Assembly: GCA_964035545.1 (NCBI GenBank)
Contig: OZ037772.1
Coordinates: 8,363,150-8,427,149, forward strand
Direction of reading: 5' to 3'
From: Bugula neritina
Lineage: Eukaryota > Animalia > Bryozoa
Length of the DNA stretch: 64,000 nucleotides
Position numbers and translations under genes: made by a program. This document shows positions 26,844 to 45,850 of this stretch, piece after piece. The notes below the pieces were generated by a model, which saw only the letters and a list, made by a program, of their open reading frames with translations, did no database searches and was not told where the DNA came from. Numbering within the stretch: the stretch's first letter is position 1; each line of letters opens with the position of its first letter.

Positions 26844-27110
26844 ATCATCATCATCAAAGAGAAGATAACTTTGTTTGACGTTTTTGCGTGCAAGTAATAA
26901 TAATGGCAATGATCACTCAAATGATGTAACATAATATTATTATATAGTTACGTCATTAATAAAATTATTTCTTGGGCAAGTTGTCCTCCTTTTGTTGTAG
27001 TACATAATATTATTTCGTCGTGGTGGTGCAAGATCATAATAACTATCCCTAACATTTACAAGTTTTTGCGTTTTAGTTTCCCCCCCCCCCCCCCCCCCGA
27101 TGACAAAATT

Positions 27111-27243
27111 GAATAGTTCTATGAGCAGCTTCGAGTTGGTGGTTAATGAGTGCAGTAGTTTGGTGGTTTCGGGTTTGGGACGTCAAACCCCTGAACTACT
27201 GCATTAATTCACTACCAACCCGGAGCTGCTTATAGAATTATTC
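27111..27243. mobile_element. ~133-bp hairpin MITE (family A)
   Basis: Inverted ends GAATAGTTCTATGAGCAGCT ... AGCTGCTTATAGAATTATTC and a self-complementary interior; same ends as 10626-10763. Confidence 0.7.
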
Positions 27244-27419
27244 CACAAGTTGGTTCAGTTGGTCACTTTGATTAAATTTCATACTAACAGTAACACTATT
27301 GCTGCAATCTCTTCAAGTATAAATATGACTGTTAGTAATGATTAGACTATTACTATAATTATTGGTGTAACTATCATTATGATTATGTAATTAAATTTAT
27401 ATTCAATTTCATAATCAAG

Positions 27420-27720
27420 TGATAATTTATTAATCATAATCATAATGATAATCATAATGATAATCATAATGATAATTAATGATATTGATATTGATAATCA
27501 TAATCATAATGAATAATGATGTAATGATAATTAATGATGTAATGATAATTATATTCATATTGATAATCAATATCATAATCAATTACTATTAGTAAATGAC
27601 TAAATCATTACATCATGATCATTATCATTATGATAATGATTATCTTTGTGATTATCATTATCATTAATTTGATTACCATTATTATTATGATTATGACAAC
27701 CCTGAATCATGTTGATATAA
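27420..27720. repeat. AT-rich low-complexity (ATC/ATG/AAT)n tract
   Basis: Direct observation. Confidence 0.75.
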
Positions 27721-29192
27721 TTATAAAGAATAAACTAATACTATTAATTATTGTCACTAATACTAATGGTAATTGAAAATATTTTTACTTATACTTATAC
27801 TCATACTGTTATAGTTATTTATGGTAATAAGATAATTATTCCAATTGAAATTGTCATGAATAATCATAATGATAATGTCAATGATAATTATTAAATTTAT
27901 TTAATCAGTATAAATATAGTAATTGACTAGATCACTACCAGATAGAATATAAAGATTGTGACAATCATAATTATAATGATCATCATAATGGCATTCAATT
28001 TTGTATTAAGCTTTTTGGTTTTACAATTTTCATTTTTTTCAATTGCATGGCTTGACTTCTAGTTCTAAGGTATTGCAGCCTAGTACTGTGGGTGCAATTC
28101 CTGCTGGGTGCATGGTAAAAATGCTCCTTGATTAGTCAATACTAGTTGACCAAAGATACTGCTACCTGAAGGCTTGGGGTGTGTTCAGAATAAATTTAAA
28201 ATTACAACAAAATTTCATTAGTTCTTAAGAGCTTTTCTTATTTATATGCATTTACCACAAAACTAAAATTGAGAATAGCGGAATTATTGTGTTCCATGTG
28301 ATTGAGAATTTGAATTCTTTTAGACAATCATGAAAATAGATGATACATTTTGAATGACTATAAGTATAAGTATATGTAGCTTTAACAATGATCACTTCTG
28401 CGAATTTTGGAAACATAGTGATTTTAGTAAATCTTTCCAATCATATATGATTATTTATACAGCACAATAATTTCAGATGTAAAATATCTTATTTGTTTTA
28501 CTATGTGTTTCATTATTATTACACTAAATATATTTTTTTACTTATGATTTTATTTAGTTTTCGTTATAATATTATCAAGTCTTGTTTTGAAAATTGACTT
28601 TTTCTCTAATCCCAAACCAAATGTAAAACTGAATTAAAATAAAACCTGTTAGATCTAAAATAGTAATTATAAATGGAGGTTCTTTTACTACCAAATAAGC
28701 AATGTTTTAGATTTTAAAATGCATCCAGGTACAGTAAAATTGTTGGATAGTTCATATCATTTGTGTGTTTGATATTCACAATGTTGCCCTCCTGAGAACT
28801 TTATTTATAATTGTGTTGCATTTCTTCTATTATTATTTGCACGACTGTGTTTACATTACCTACCTTGCAAACTAAAAGAAAGATTGCAGTGAAAGCTTTG
28901 CTTTGCTTTGTCAGAAATAGGCCGGGAAATGTTCTGTCACTGAATCTTAAGTTTAAATATTTTACTATCAAGTCAAAAGACTGTTTAAAATGCATCTATG
29001 TCTGTAATGAAATAAATTTCTTGACTAAACATTTTTTTAAAAGCAGCTACTTTAAAAAAAGATTCTAAAATGTATTTAATTTGTACCAAGTCTTCTTCCA
29101 ACCTGTTTTTTTACAAAATTTATACAACATATTATAGCTTACAGTTTTTTTAAATTTTTAATTTTCCAACCTGGCATATTGATTCATTATTA

Positions 29193-29398
29193 GGGCGCAG
29201 CCGTGGTGTATAGCGCCTGCTCAGTAAACACGAAGTCATGGGTTCGAACCCCAACAAAGGCTATTGGTGGTGTTAGTAAGAGCATCCAGTTATAATTGCT
29301 CCTGTGCCACATCTGACTAAGTCTTTAGCCTGATTTAACAAAAACCCTTTCTATCAGGGGTTTCTCACAGGGATAGTGACTATAAGCTTCCGAGAGTT
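29193..29398 (+). mobile_element. tRNA-derived SINE family 1
   Basis: GGGCGCAGCCGTGG head, GGTTCGAACCC B box, shared core and tail. Confidence 0.9.
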
Positions 29399-29558
29399 GC
29401 CTGAGTTTACACTGATTCATTATCGACCTTGGTCTCTTACTTTCATTGTTGTAGAGCAGACTCTGTGAGTTTAACTGTGGGCAATAGTGCAAGTCAATGC
29501 CTGCGGGGAAACACTTCACTCTTGTAAGAAGTGTGTTAAAACAATTGAGCATTCGGAG

Positions 29559-35425
<5,867 letters not shown>

Positions 35426-36416
35426 TGGTGGTCCATTTTCAGGGCCTCCGTATATCTTTTGAAATATATAGTTGGCTTCTTTCAACTACTACCTCTTAAA
35501 AAATTAAATCTTTCAACTCTAAAGCAATAGTTCAGCAACTTACTTCAAATATTAATCTTTTCTTTCTAAAACTCTTTGGTAATTTTCAGTTTTAATCTTC
35601 AAAAATAAGTTTTCTCTCACATTTGTTTAAATTATCTACTCTTGTAAAACTTTCTAATAGTTCTTTAAGTATGCTAAGGGCAAAGTAGGCTGTGACATGA
35701 AGCAATTACAATTAGAAGATATTTATGACATCACCAATTATGGTCAAATTCTTACTAGACCAGCACTCTAACCACTAGACATGATGCATAATGACAAACC
35801 TATTTTCTCATGGTTATATGTTATTTAGTACAATAACATATGACTATGTTAGCCCATGTCATTGCATTGCACTAAAATGACGTAAATAGCGCTGATGCTG
35901 TTCTTAGTCAGTGTGAGATTGTGTGAACAAGTTATAACATGCTAAGCGGCTATCTATCAAGACTATACAGGAAACAGCTGATTGCTCTTTAGTGATCCTC
36001 GTAAACTGGCCATTTTTAAACTGATAGATGCAATGCAATGCATGATCTTACTCTGTGGTCTTGTATTTAAACTTTACTCATATTTTTCTTGACAATACTA
36101 TTTTTGAAATATTTAAACTTGTATCAATATTACTGTCTTTCTTTGTAGTATGTTTTAACAAATTTTGTAATGGTCTTGCCACATTTCTGCACTTTTCAAA
36201 GGCCTGTTCCGGGTTTTATTCTGCCACTGATACATGTGGACTGTATTTCTCAGCCTACATGTAGTCTTATCAGACATTCTAAAAGTGAAGCGAATTAAAC
36301 TTGTAAAAGTTGTCTTCAAATCAATGAGGTGACAACTTCCCTCAAAATGGCGACAATGTTATGTAATACCTTGCAATAGATTACTTGTAGGTGTACAGAA
36401 GTGTGACAAGACCAAC

Positions 36417-36714
36417 CCCTTGATTCACGCTTTGCCAATTCGTATGCCGTAACGTAAAGTATCAGCCATTTTTAATGTGTCCGGGCTGAAGTTTTTAAAA
36501 TCTGCTATTAGGTACGATCTACGGCACTTCATTGGACAATTATATCCAATGAGTTGACGCAATAGTTTTTCTGTCCAATAGGAGCCCGCTGCAACTTGTT
36601 TGAATCAAGCAGTTCTTTATCCTAATGTGCCATAGCATTGCACAGGGAGCTCAGACATTTGTAAAAATGGCTGATATTTTATGGCGTACGATACGGCAAA
36701 GTGTGAATGAAGAG
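36417..36714. mobile_element. Degenerate MITE
   Basis: Inverted ends CTTGATTCACGCTTTGCC / GGCAAAGTGTGAATGAAG, plus inner inverted TATCAGCCATTTT / AAAATGGCTGATA. Confidence 0.5.
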
Positions 36715-36809
36715 TAAAGGGTAAAATCGAAATAGCTTCAAAATAGTTCAGTCAAGTGTCATGTTGAGCGCAGGCGGCTAATTTTTGTGGCGTATGACAA
36801 TGTTTGTGT

Positions 36810-36898
36810 AAAACTTTTGCCCCCACTGGGATTCAAACCACAGACCTTCGGCTTACAAGCAGGTGTGCTAACCAATTTTACACCACAGGGGCCACTGG
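36810..36898 (-). mobile_element. Short tRNA-like SINE family 2
   Basis: CCAGTGGCCCCTGTGGTGTAA..GGTTAGCAC..GGTTTGAATCCCAGTGGGGG plus T-rich tail; homologous to 47204, 55453, 55645, 55750 and 55975. Confidence 0.75.
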
Positions 36899-37319
36899 AT
36901 AAACTCAACACTACAGCTTGCGACTTTATTAAGTGTTTCACATCAAACACATTTGATATTTCAATGATAATTGGCTTATATACAATTGACACTAGCGTAT
37001 CAACTGTTTAACTGTTTTTAAATCTGGTTTTCTTATCTGAATAAAAAGTATGTACAGAGGTGACCACCCTGTTATGCTTACTGTGGGTAAGATTAGCTAC
37101 AAGTCATCACTAAACACAACGCTAACATTATTTAGCCGGCTGCGCATTGAATGTTTATTGAATATTTTCAAGACCCTGGCTGTTATTGAAGCTCAAGTAG
37201 TAGAATTTGGGCCAAAAACGTGTTTGTATGGAAACCTTCTTGTACAGGTTTTTGAGATGAACATATCAAAAAGTTTTAATTTTGAAACTCAAAGTTATGG
37301 GTTTGAGTCAGTCATACTT

Positions 37320-37491
37320 TTTGTGACTTGTTTTGACTTGTTATAACTTTTTGTGACGTTTTATGACCTGTTGTGACCTGTCATGACCTGTTGTGACCTG
37401 TGTTGGCTTGCTATGACCTATGTTAACCTGTCATGACCTGTTGTGACTTGTCATGACCTGTGTTGACCTGTCATGACTTTTTGTGACCTGC
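37320..37491. repeat. 10-bp-unit tandem repeat (TGTGACCTGT-like)
   Basis: Direct observation. Confidence 0.85.
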
Positions 37492-38262
37492 TACATTTGG
37501 AGCAGTACATTGGATACTATTTTATAATTTTATACTTATGCAGTATTGAATCTCTTGAGACAATCTATGCCTTAATTATGACTTGTGTATGATACTTTGA
37601 TTAATAAAATATATTATTCTAAATGTTGTACTTTTCCTCATTTATTTATAATATATTGTACTATATATATTATTTTGTATTAAAATAAAGCAACAAAAAC
37701 TCTAGCAGAAGAGATCAATTTAATTTTATTTAAAACTGTAAATTTGAAAAGTCAGCTATTTTTATTGAACACTTGCCTAGTTTGGATTTAGACCCAAAAG
37801 TTGTATACTAGTAGACAAGTAAAAGTTTGAAGATTTGTGCTCATTTTTATGCCTACGGGTCACAAGATTGACAATAAATATTCAGAAATATTTATCCAGC
37901 TAATATAATTGCATGCAATTAATAGCATATTAGCCTACAGTATAATTTGATACAATGTTTATGTGATATAATTCAGTCTGATTATATAATATATTAGGTG
38001 GGTACTGTAGTTGTGTACTGTAGTATAAGGCTATGTGGTATTATCATGCAATATATTAGATTGCATTACAAAATACTGTAATAGTATTGTAATGTAAGAG
38101 AATAATATATTATATTATTATGATGCAGCTTGATGATATATTGTACTGTAGTTGTGCTCTCATGCATGAGTATTATAACTAATAATAAAGAGTTGCATGG
38201 ATGAATAGATGCCTCAAAGTCACTCAAGCGTATAAAGTGCCTTGTAGATATCAAATCATAAT

Positions 38263-39052
38263 CACCGGCTTTCCATGTACCGATCTCAGATCGATCTCGC
38301 TGAGATCGATCTGAGAAATGTGCTGATCAGATCGATCGTTTTTCCATGAGAGTGTCAGATCGATCTAGCGGAGTTGCCTCCTCTTAAGTGAAGAGTACTT
38401 TAATATTATATTTTTTAACCCACCTGGGTGATTCAAGCTAATGCTTTTGAAAAAACAAAATTTCCATAGTCTAAAATTCAGTGCCAGCTATAAACTCTAC
38501 GCAGTAAAGCTTTTAGTAAGAAGCAATTTAGCCAACTTAAGATAATTCATTTTAATATTTTAGTTTGACAGCTTATATAAAATTAATAGCTGTTGTGCAG
38601 ATTATTCATAAACTTACAGGACTATTGGGCTTAAAAATAAGCAGCAAATAACTAATGAAAGTAAGTTTTACTAGCCATTTAAATTCAATTTAAATGCTCC
38701 TACTTTTTCCACCTTCTACCGTCTATAATTTTATATAATTGAGTTTGTTTAATCATAGTACTGAAAGTCAAAGTTTTGGCATCTGAAAATGTGGCTATAG
38801 TAATTATTAAGTAATTTGCTTAGTAATTACCAATAAATTATCATTTTTATTAGCGGCGACATTTTAGCGAACAGTCTTTTTCTATTTCTCAGATCGAACT
38901 TTCGTCTTTCCATGACCTTATTGCCTTGAGATCGATCTGAGTTCGAGCTCTACAGACCGACCAGCTCAGAACGACTGAGATCGATCTTTAGCGTCTTTCC
39001 ATGAATCGATCTCAGCGAGATCGATCTGAGATCGGTACATGGAAAGCCGGTG
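38263..39052. mobile_element. Non-autonomous DNA transposon/MITE, 790 bp, with GATC-rich TIRs
   Basis: Perfect 48-bp TIRs CACCGGCTTTCCATGTACCGATCTCAGATCGATCTCGCTGAGATCGAT; 3-bp TSD AAT; subterminal AGATCGATC and TTTCCATG repeats. Confidence 0.9.
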
Positions 39053-40185
39053 AATATAAAACATGATTGATGACTCACAGCCAATGAAGAAGTAGCCTTT
39101 AGTAGGCCACTTGTATTAGCGTGTCACTAATAGTTGAACTAGTGACCGAAGCATATGCTTGACAATGATGAACTTAGTGACAAGGTTCAGGATAAACAGC
39201 ATCATTACTATATTAGACACGTGTGTTTCGAAAAGACTGAAAGCTATAATACCCGACCCTTGGATTCGACACAGTTTATAAGGTGCTATAGGCTATGAGT
39301 GCAGTTGAACCCACGGCCACTGTGTTTGCACTATCGAAGAAATTTTTAATGGAAAATGCATGCTCTTTCAACACAGATGGTTGCACATGACTGAAAGTAG
39401 TTGTTTACAAGCCTGCAGCCGAAGGATTAACGGCTCTCTTTTATTGGAGGTAGGTGCAAGTCTTGGTCACACATGGAGTAGAGCTCTGTTTTTTTTTCAC
39501 CACTTTTTGTCAACATAGTTACAGGTTTAAGAAGTTGGGATCAGGTAGATTCTTTAATGGATTGTGGTAGACTTAATCTTTCTGTTCTAGCTGTTTCTAC
39601 TGCTAAGTACTGCTTCTGTTATGCGCCTCTGCTGTAAAGTACTTCAAGTATTAGGTGTCAAGTACTTGTTAAGTACTTCAGTTTCTAAGTACTTCTACTT
39701 TTAGTGCCACGATGTAGATTTTTCTTCAACTTGGGTTTATAGCTTTTGTTCAAGAACATGAACGCTTTATTTCATGGTTATTTGAAGAGTTTCGTTAAAA
39801 CCTGAGCTTTAACTGCAATGTTATACTGATCTCAATGAAACAGAGTGGAAACACCAAATTACGGCTCCTCCAAGTTATGTAGTGTAGCTATACTTAATAA
39901 CCTCTTTCTGGTTACTATTCTTTGCTGAAATCAGAATGGGTAGTAAATAGCAAACTGTTTTAACTGAAAGCTACTTTTAGTTTGGCTTCTTATTAAGTTT
40001 AACCCAGTAGCTGTTGTTGACAAAACATATCTTAATTAAAAAAGCTAATGTAAGTATATAAATCTCTGTTTCTAATGGTTTTTTCGCAGCATAAATTTGT
40101 AGTCAATGTGATTTCTACTGCAAGTATTGATATTTTACCTGCTTTAGGTTGATCCATTTACATTTTAGACCAACCACCAAGCATC

Positions 40186-43100
40186 ATGACTGAGTCTGAG
40201 GTGGAAACGCTCGATGAGCCCTCCAATTATAGTGAGGAATCCCAGCTACTATCTCCTAAAGTTAGGCAAAGATCGCCATATCCAATCTACATGGTGTCTT
40301 TACTGTTCTATTTGGGAGATGCTATAGGAACAAACATAGTTCTGGAGGCAGTTGTGTATAACAAGGTGTGCTACAGTCACTTTGCCAATGTCAGTCTCTG
40401 TACTAATTCCACGTTCTCAAAGAACCACCCGGATCTTCAGGTAGAGTTTCTCTGTTACCAACCTTAGCTTGATTCTCTACAACGTAACTCTTTGTGTAAT
40501 GGGCTCTTCATCACTGTAGCATAAAAAGTTTGGATAACCCTGGAACTTTTAGAAATTAAAAAATACAAGGAATCAGTTTCTAAAATCAGCATGTTTATTT
40601 TCAAATTGTTTTCTTAAAAGTGAGAATGACATGTTCAAATAGGGAAGGGAGAGGGAAAGCTTGCAGTCTTATTGACTAGCAAGAAAAACAAAGCTAGCAG
40701 CTAATTCATTGGGCATCATAATGTAGAGTTCCATGATAAAATAAAAAACTTAGACTTCAGTTAGTGAGCCATTAACAAATATTTCTAAAACAAAATCTCA
40801 TAAGTTTGAAGCTGCTAAATTAGGCTATTTGACATGATCATTTAAAATCTTTCTGTACTTCATGTGGAACTTTTCTCTACAGGTTCTTATAACTTTCTAT
40901 GCAACTTTTATTCTCTTCATTTTAGCAATTTACAAGTGAGATGCAAGTGTTTAGGCATGCAAATTATGATAATAGTAGATCAAATATTTGCTATCTTATT
41001 TTACTGATGAAAAATCGAGAGTACTTGAAGTCAAAGGGTTAAAGCGTTGGCTTAGTAAACGCCAGCGAGGTCATGGGTTTGATCCCCCAGTAAAGGTTTG
41101 TGGTGATGTTAGGAAAAGTCTATTCAGTCATAATTGCTCCTGTACTACAAATGAATAAGTTCTTAGCCCACTTAAAAGAACAACCCTTTTTATAGGAGGT
41201 TCTCACAGGGATAATGACTATAAACTTGCAATAGTGTTTAAGATTTTTTTACTAAAGAAAGTTGTATATTGCTGAGGGTATGTTATTCTACACTAGCAGG
41301 AACAAAGTTCCAGTTCTACCATTTCCTGGTTTGTTACTATTCTAGTAATTCACAGCTTATCAGGACCGCAACATTGATAAGACTGTCATTTACTTACTTA
41401 CTTCAAATATGTCATCTGATAATAATAGGCCTATGTTATACACAGCTGTAATTGTCCACTTTCATGTATTAAACTCAATAGTTCAGTGATAAGAGTAATG
41501 AAATGGAAAAGTTTGTTCACACAATCAGTCAAACTAAATGACACAATGGCAAAATGAACTGAAAAAAGAAAACATTACAAATATATCTTTTCACTTGACT
41601 TTTCAAATTATACTCACATATTTGTGAGATATTAGAATAAGGATCAGCAGCTACGGTCTAGTAGTTAGGGTAGTGGCTTAGTAAACACAAGATCAGTGGT
41701 TCGAATCCCAGACCACTGATGATGATAGAAAGGATATTCAGTCATAATTGTTCCTTTGCCATGATAGAGAACAGATCTGAAGCCTGCCTAAACAATCCTT
41801 TACTATAGGGTTCTCACAGAAATGGAGAATGTAAACATACTAGAGTTTTTATTTCTAAGATACAGATGTATGATTACTAGAAAAGAACTTTCTGTTAATC
41901 CAGGAAGATGCTGCACGGTGGGGAAACTATATAGCTGCCATACAGATTGTACCAGCCGTGTTGACCAACCTACTACTCAGCTCCTACTCTGACAGAATTG
42001 GACACCGTCTTCCAATATGTCTGCCGGCTATCAGCTTTGCTCTGGCAGCCGGTGCCTTGGCTGTGCTGGCAACTGATTCTCTGATCTCACTTCCTATTGA
42101 GTTGTTACTCGTGTATGGTTTCCTCTACAGTTTCTTGGGTGGAAGTCCTTTAGTAAGTCTACCAGATCTGAGTTCCAAATAAACTGACTTGAGGTAACTT
42201 AAGAGTTGACTTGATGTTTTTTTTGAGTGACTACTAGGCTTGATTGTAATGAAATAAATCATAAAATAATAATTGAATACAGTGATATTGTAGTTACTAA
42301 ATTACTTCTAGCTTCCTGTTTTTTGGTTAGTTGATAGGAATTAGGTCAACAGTTTATTGAATATTTTTCAATTAATTATTGGGTCAAATTACAAACATTA
42401 AATCATAACCAAAGTGATTAAATAACCCCATGTAGACATTAGTTAGTTATTAATTAGCAGGTTAAATAGGTATTTTATAAAATCTAAATTTAGTCACCAA
42501 TGTGCTACTGTTATAGGATATTTCTGTGTGCAACTATAGAATGTTTGTTTTGAAAAGTAACTACTTTTTAATTATAACAAAAATGTTGATTAACTTTATT
42601 TTTAGTAAACCATTCTTGTTTTATTTTACTTTTAGTTGATCATGTCCTGCTATAGTTACATCACACTGATCTCTAGCAACGAAAAGATGTCTTTCAATAT
42701 GGTTGTACTTGAAGCGTCAACTGAAATGGGGTTCCTAATTGGTGTCCTTGCAAGCGGGCCTCTGGCTGATCACTTTGGTTTAGATACACTATCGTATATC
42801 AATGTGGGCGTTTCCATAACCCCCATAATAGTCTTGTTTCTCACTGTTAAAGAAATACATGATTCACAGGCTATAAAGTGGAGAGATGCTATAGGAGTAA
42901 AATATATGTTGGACTCGGCTAAATGTGTTTTTAAGAAGCGGCCATCTTACAACCGACTTCTAATTCATCTCTGTTATCTAACAAACTTCATCGGCTGCTT
43001 TTCTGTGATTGGATATGGGGCCAATTCTTTTCTGTATTTCACCAAACAACTTGGAATGTCCCTGACTCAGTTTTCGCTCTTCTCAGCGGTGATAGAAGTG

Positions 43101-43571
43101 GCTATCGGGTTCGGTGGACCAGCCATCATCTTTCTCAACAATAAAGTCTTCAAATTAGACAACATATCATTTGGTGTGCTGTCGTGTGCCGTTTTAGCCT
43201 TTGCTTACATCATAATGTCGATTCATTCTATCCCAGGGGGTATATGGATAGGGGCCGCACTCCTATCTTTTCAAATTACCATATATGGTATAATTAGATC
43301 TTTTCAAGTTAAGTTTGTTGATGAAAATGAGATTGGAAAGTTATTCGCTTATGATGGTATGCTTAAAGTTTTATTTAACTTAGTCTCTAAGATGGTATTT
43401 AAAGAAATGTACTCGTTCTCTGTAGTAGTTTACCCATCTTTGTTTCTGGTGGTTTGTGGGGGTTTATACATATTTGCCATGCTGACGCTGATTATGATTG
43501 GTCGATTATCACGTACCACTTCTGCTGACACTGCAAATAGAGTATTAAGCAATGACACAGTGACATCTTAG
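40186..43571 (+). CDS. MFS transporter, SLC46/proton-coupled folate transporter-like (copy A), 479 aa
   Basis: Exons 40186-40440, 41904-42152, 42636-43571, all phase 0. N-terminal acidic dileucine EESQLL, luminal C..C loop, MFS motif A-like SSYSDRIGHR, SCYSYIT, GPLADHFG, late GKLFA; about 12 hydrophobic segments. Confidence 0.85.
41031..41230 (+). mobile_element. tRNA-derived SINE family 1 (diverged)
   Basis: Shared B box, core and tail. Confidence 0.8.
41641..41850 (+). mobile_element. tRNA-derived SINE family 1 (diverged)
   Basis: GGTTCGAATCCC B box, shared core and tail. Confidence 0.8.
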
Positions 43572-45850
43572 CTTCACTTCCGGAATGATCTAAACTCATG
43601 CTACTTTATTTTTCTACTAATAATGTTTATGCATTTATTTTTTTAGCAATTTAAAAGTTTGTATTTTCTGACTATTTTGGAGTTATTACTTTCATATATG
43701 GAATTTTTATACTGTATGTTTATGTTCAGATCTGTAATAATAAATTATTGTTCAATCTATGACATTCAACCTTTTATTTACAATACATTTTTTTCAGGAA
43801 CTCAATAATATAGATTTCTCCATAAAGCAAAAATTTTTAAGTAATATAACGCAATACATTTACATAAACCCTGGAACTCTCATATTTTCTTTATGAATTA
43901 ATGTTGTGAAGGCTAATGCGATATTATTGCTTACCGTAATGTAATATAAGATAATACATTATACTAGATTGTAGTATAAATTAACATATATTATTATAAT
44001 TTGGAATAATATAAAGTAATACCTAAGATATTGTAATTTAATGCAATATAATATGTTATAATGTAAATTAACATATATTATAAGGCAAAATTGTAAGCAA
44101 TATATCATAATAGAATATTTGTAATAACGTAATATATATAAGAAATCATCATGTAATGCTATACCATATATTATACATCATAATGAAGTAGAATATAAAA
44201 TGATAATAATTAAAATAATGCAATATAAAGTTATATATAGTATGTTTCTTAATATAATATACGACAAAAAAATATTTATTGTAGTTTTATATAATATAAA
44301 GACATTATATTGTGATATAGCATAAAGTAATATCATAACTTATTATTTGATAGGGCATAGAGTATAAAGTATTGCACATAATAATGTAATCTAATGTAAA
44401 GTGATATCTTTTATAATGCAGCATGCACAATTTTTGTTTATATAGTAATAAAACAAGAGCATACATATTGCAGCACTATAAGAGTTGCCATGTACGTATC
44501 AGTGTATACTGTATGTGTTTAAGTTGTTATAGATTTTAGTTTAACATATAATAATATGACAAAATACACCATTGCTGATGGCATGGTAAAAGAGACAGTG
44601 CTCATAAAACCCACCATGCACAGAATGAAAACTCCATAGAGCTTATATAAGCTTATAAACTGCAATGGTGGACAACAACTGCCATAGCGTTAGATTACAC
44701 TTGGTATTCAAATTTGGTGCTTTAAAAAAGTTGTTGTTGAATGTTCTGCTTTTATTGAAACGACAACTCTCAAATTTAACTACGTATTATCAGTTAGAAA
44801 ACAAGCGCTACGTAGACGCGACGTTTGTTTACCATTGCTATAATATAACCACTTGCTTGAATACCTAGCCGAATAACACGAATTACGGAACTAAGATTAT
44901 TGCAAAATTCATATATAATGTTATGTACAGGTAATAAAATATGATTAATAATAAAGTATACTGCTTGCCCTTTCACCTTTGAGGGTATCACATTGCTGAC
45001 AGCATTTTTTCTTGAATACGGACATTATAAGAGTACATCATAAACTTTTGTTATGTCAATAACAAAGTTTTCAACCATTTCAGGATGATTGCAAATGCCA
45101 TGTAGCTGAAAACGTACCCAAATAATTTTTTTTTGCAAATATTTCTCTCAAAATTATTTATGCATAAATAGTGTTCAATAATAATGGTAACAAATACCTC
45201 CTGACATAATTAATGTTCACTCTTAAATATTTACGATGACAGTTTAGAAAAATGACATGTGCATAAAGCTTGCAATAATCAATAATATCAGACAGTTAGA
45301 TAATTGATGTCTAAGCTAAAGGTTTAGCATATAACCAGTGTTTATAGTCCTAGAGCTATGGGGAGTTTGGAAGCTGCTACTCCTCACCCTTGCATTTCAG
45401 GTAGGTTTTACAGGCTATAACTGCAGTTGAATAAATAGATTATGAACCAAGTAGCTGTATATTTCTGCACATGACTGCAGGGCTGAGTAAACTGAGTAAA
45501 CATATTGAAGATCAATCGGAGATTAAAACTAAACTTATTTACTTGTAAGTCCTGTTTACGTTTGCATGTTTGGCTATCACGCTAGTATTATGTATCAACT
45601 GTTGCTGTGAAAATTTGGCTTCTATTTATAAACTGCAAAAACAAATTTGTTGCTTTGAATTTTCCACTTTGCTGTATATTTTTCTGAGAGTGTGATTTTA
45701 TGCAAAGTCATAATTTTAAAAAAAATGTTGTAATAAATCACGAAATTCTTACATAAGTATTTCATTTTGAATTTGCCTTACTTATTTTAAAAAGTGTTGA
45801 GTAGGCAGCTTTGGTGTACTCGTTCTCGTAGAAACTATTTACTAAGCATC

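Noticed and set aside
27080-27098. Poly-C run (potential G-quadruplex on the minus strand)
   Set aside because: Simple homopolymer with no supporting context; its length is unreliable
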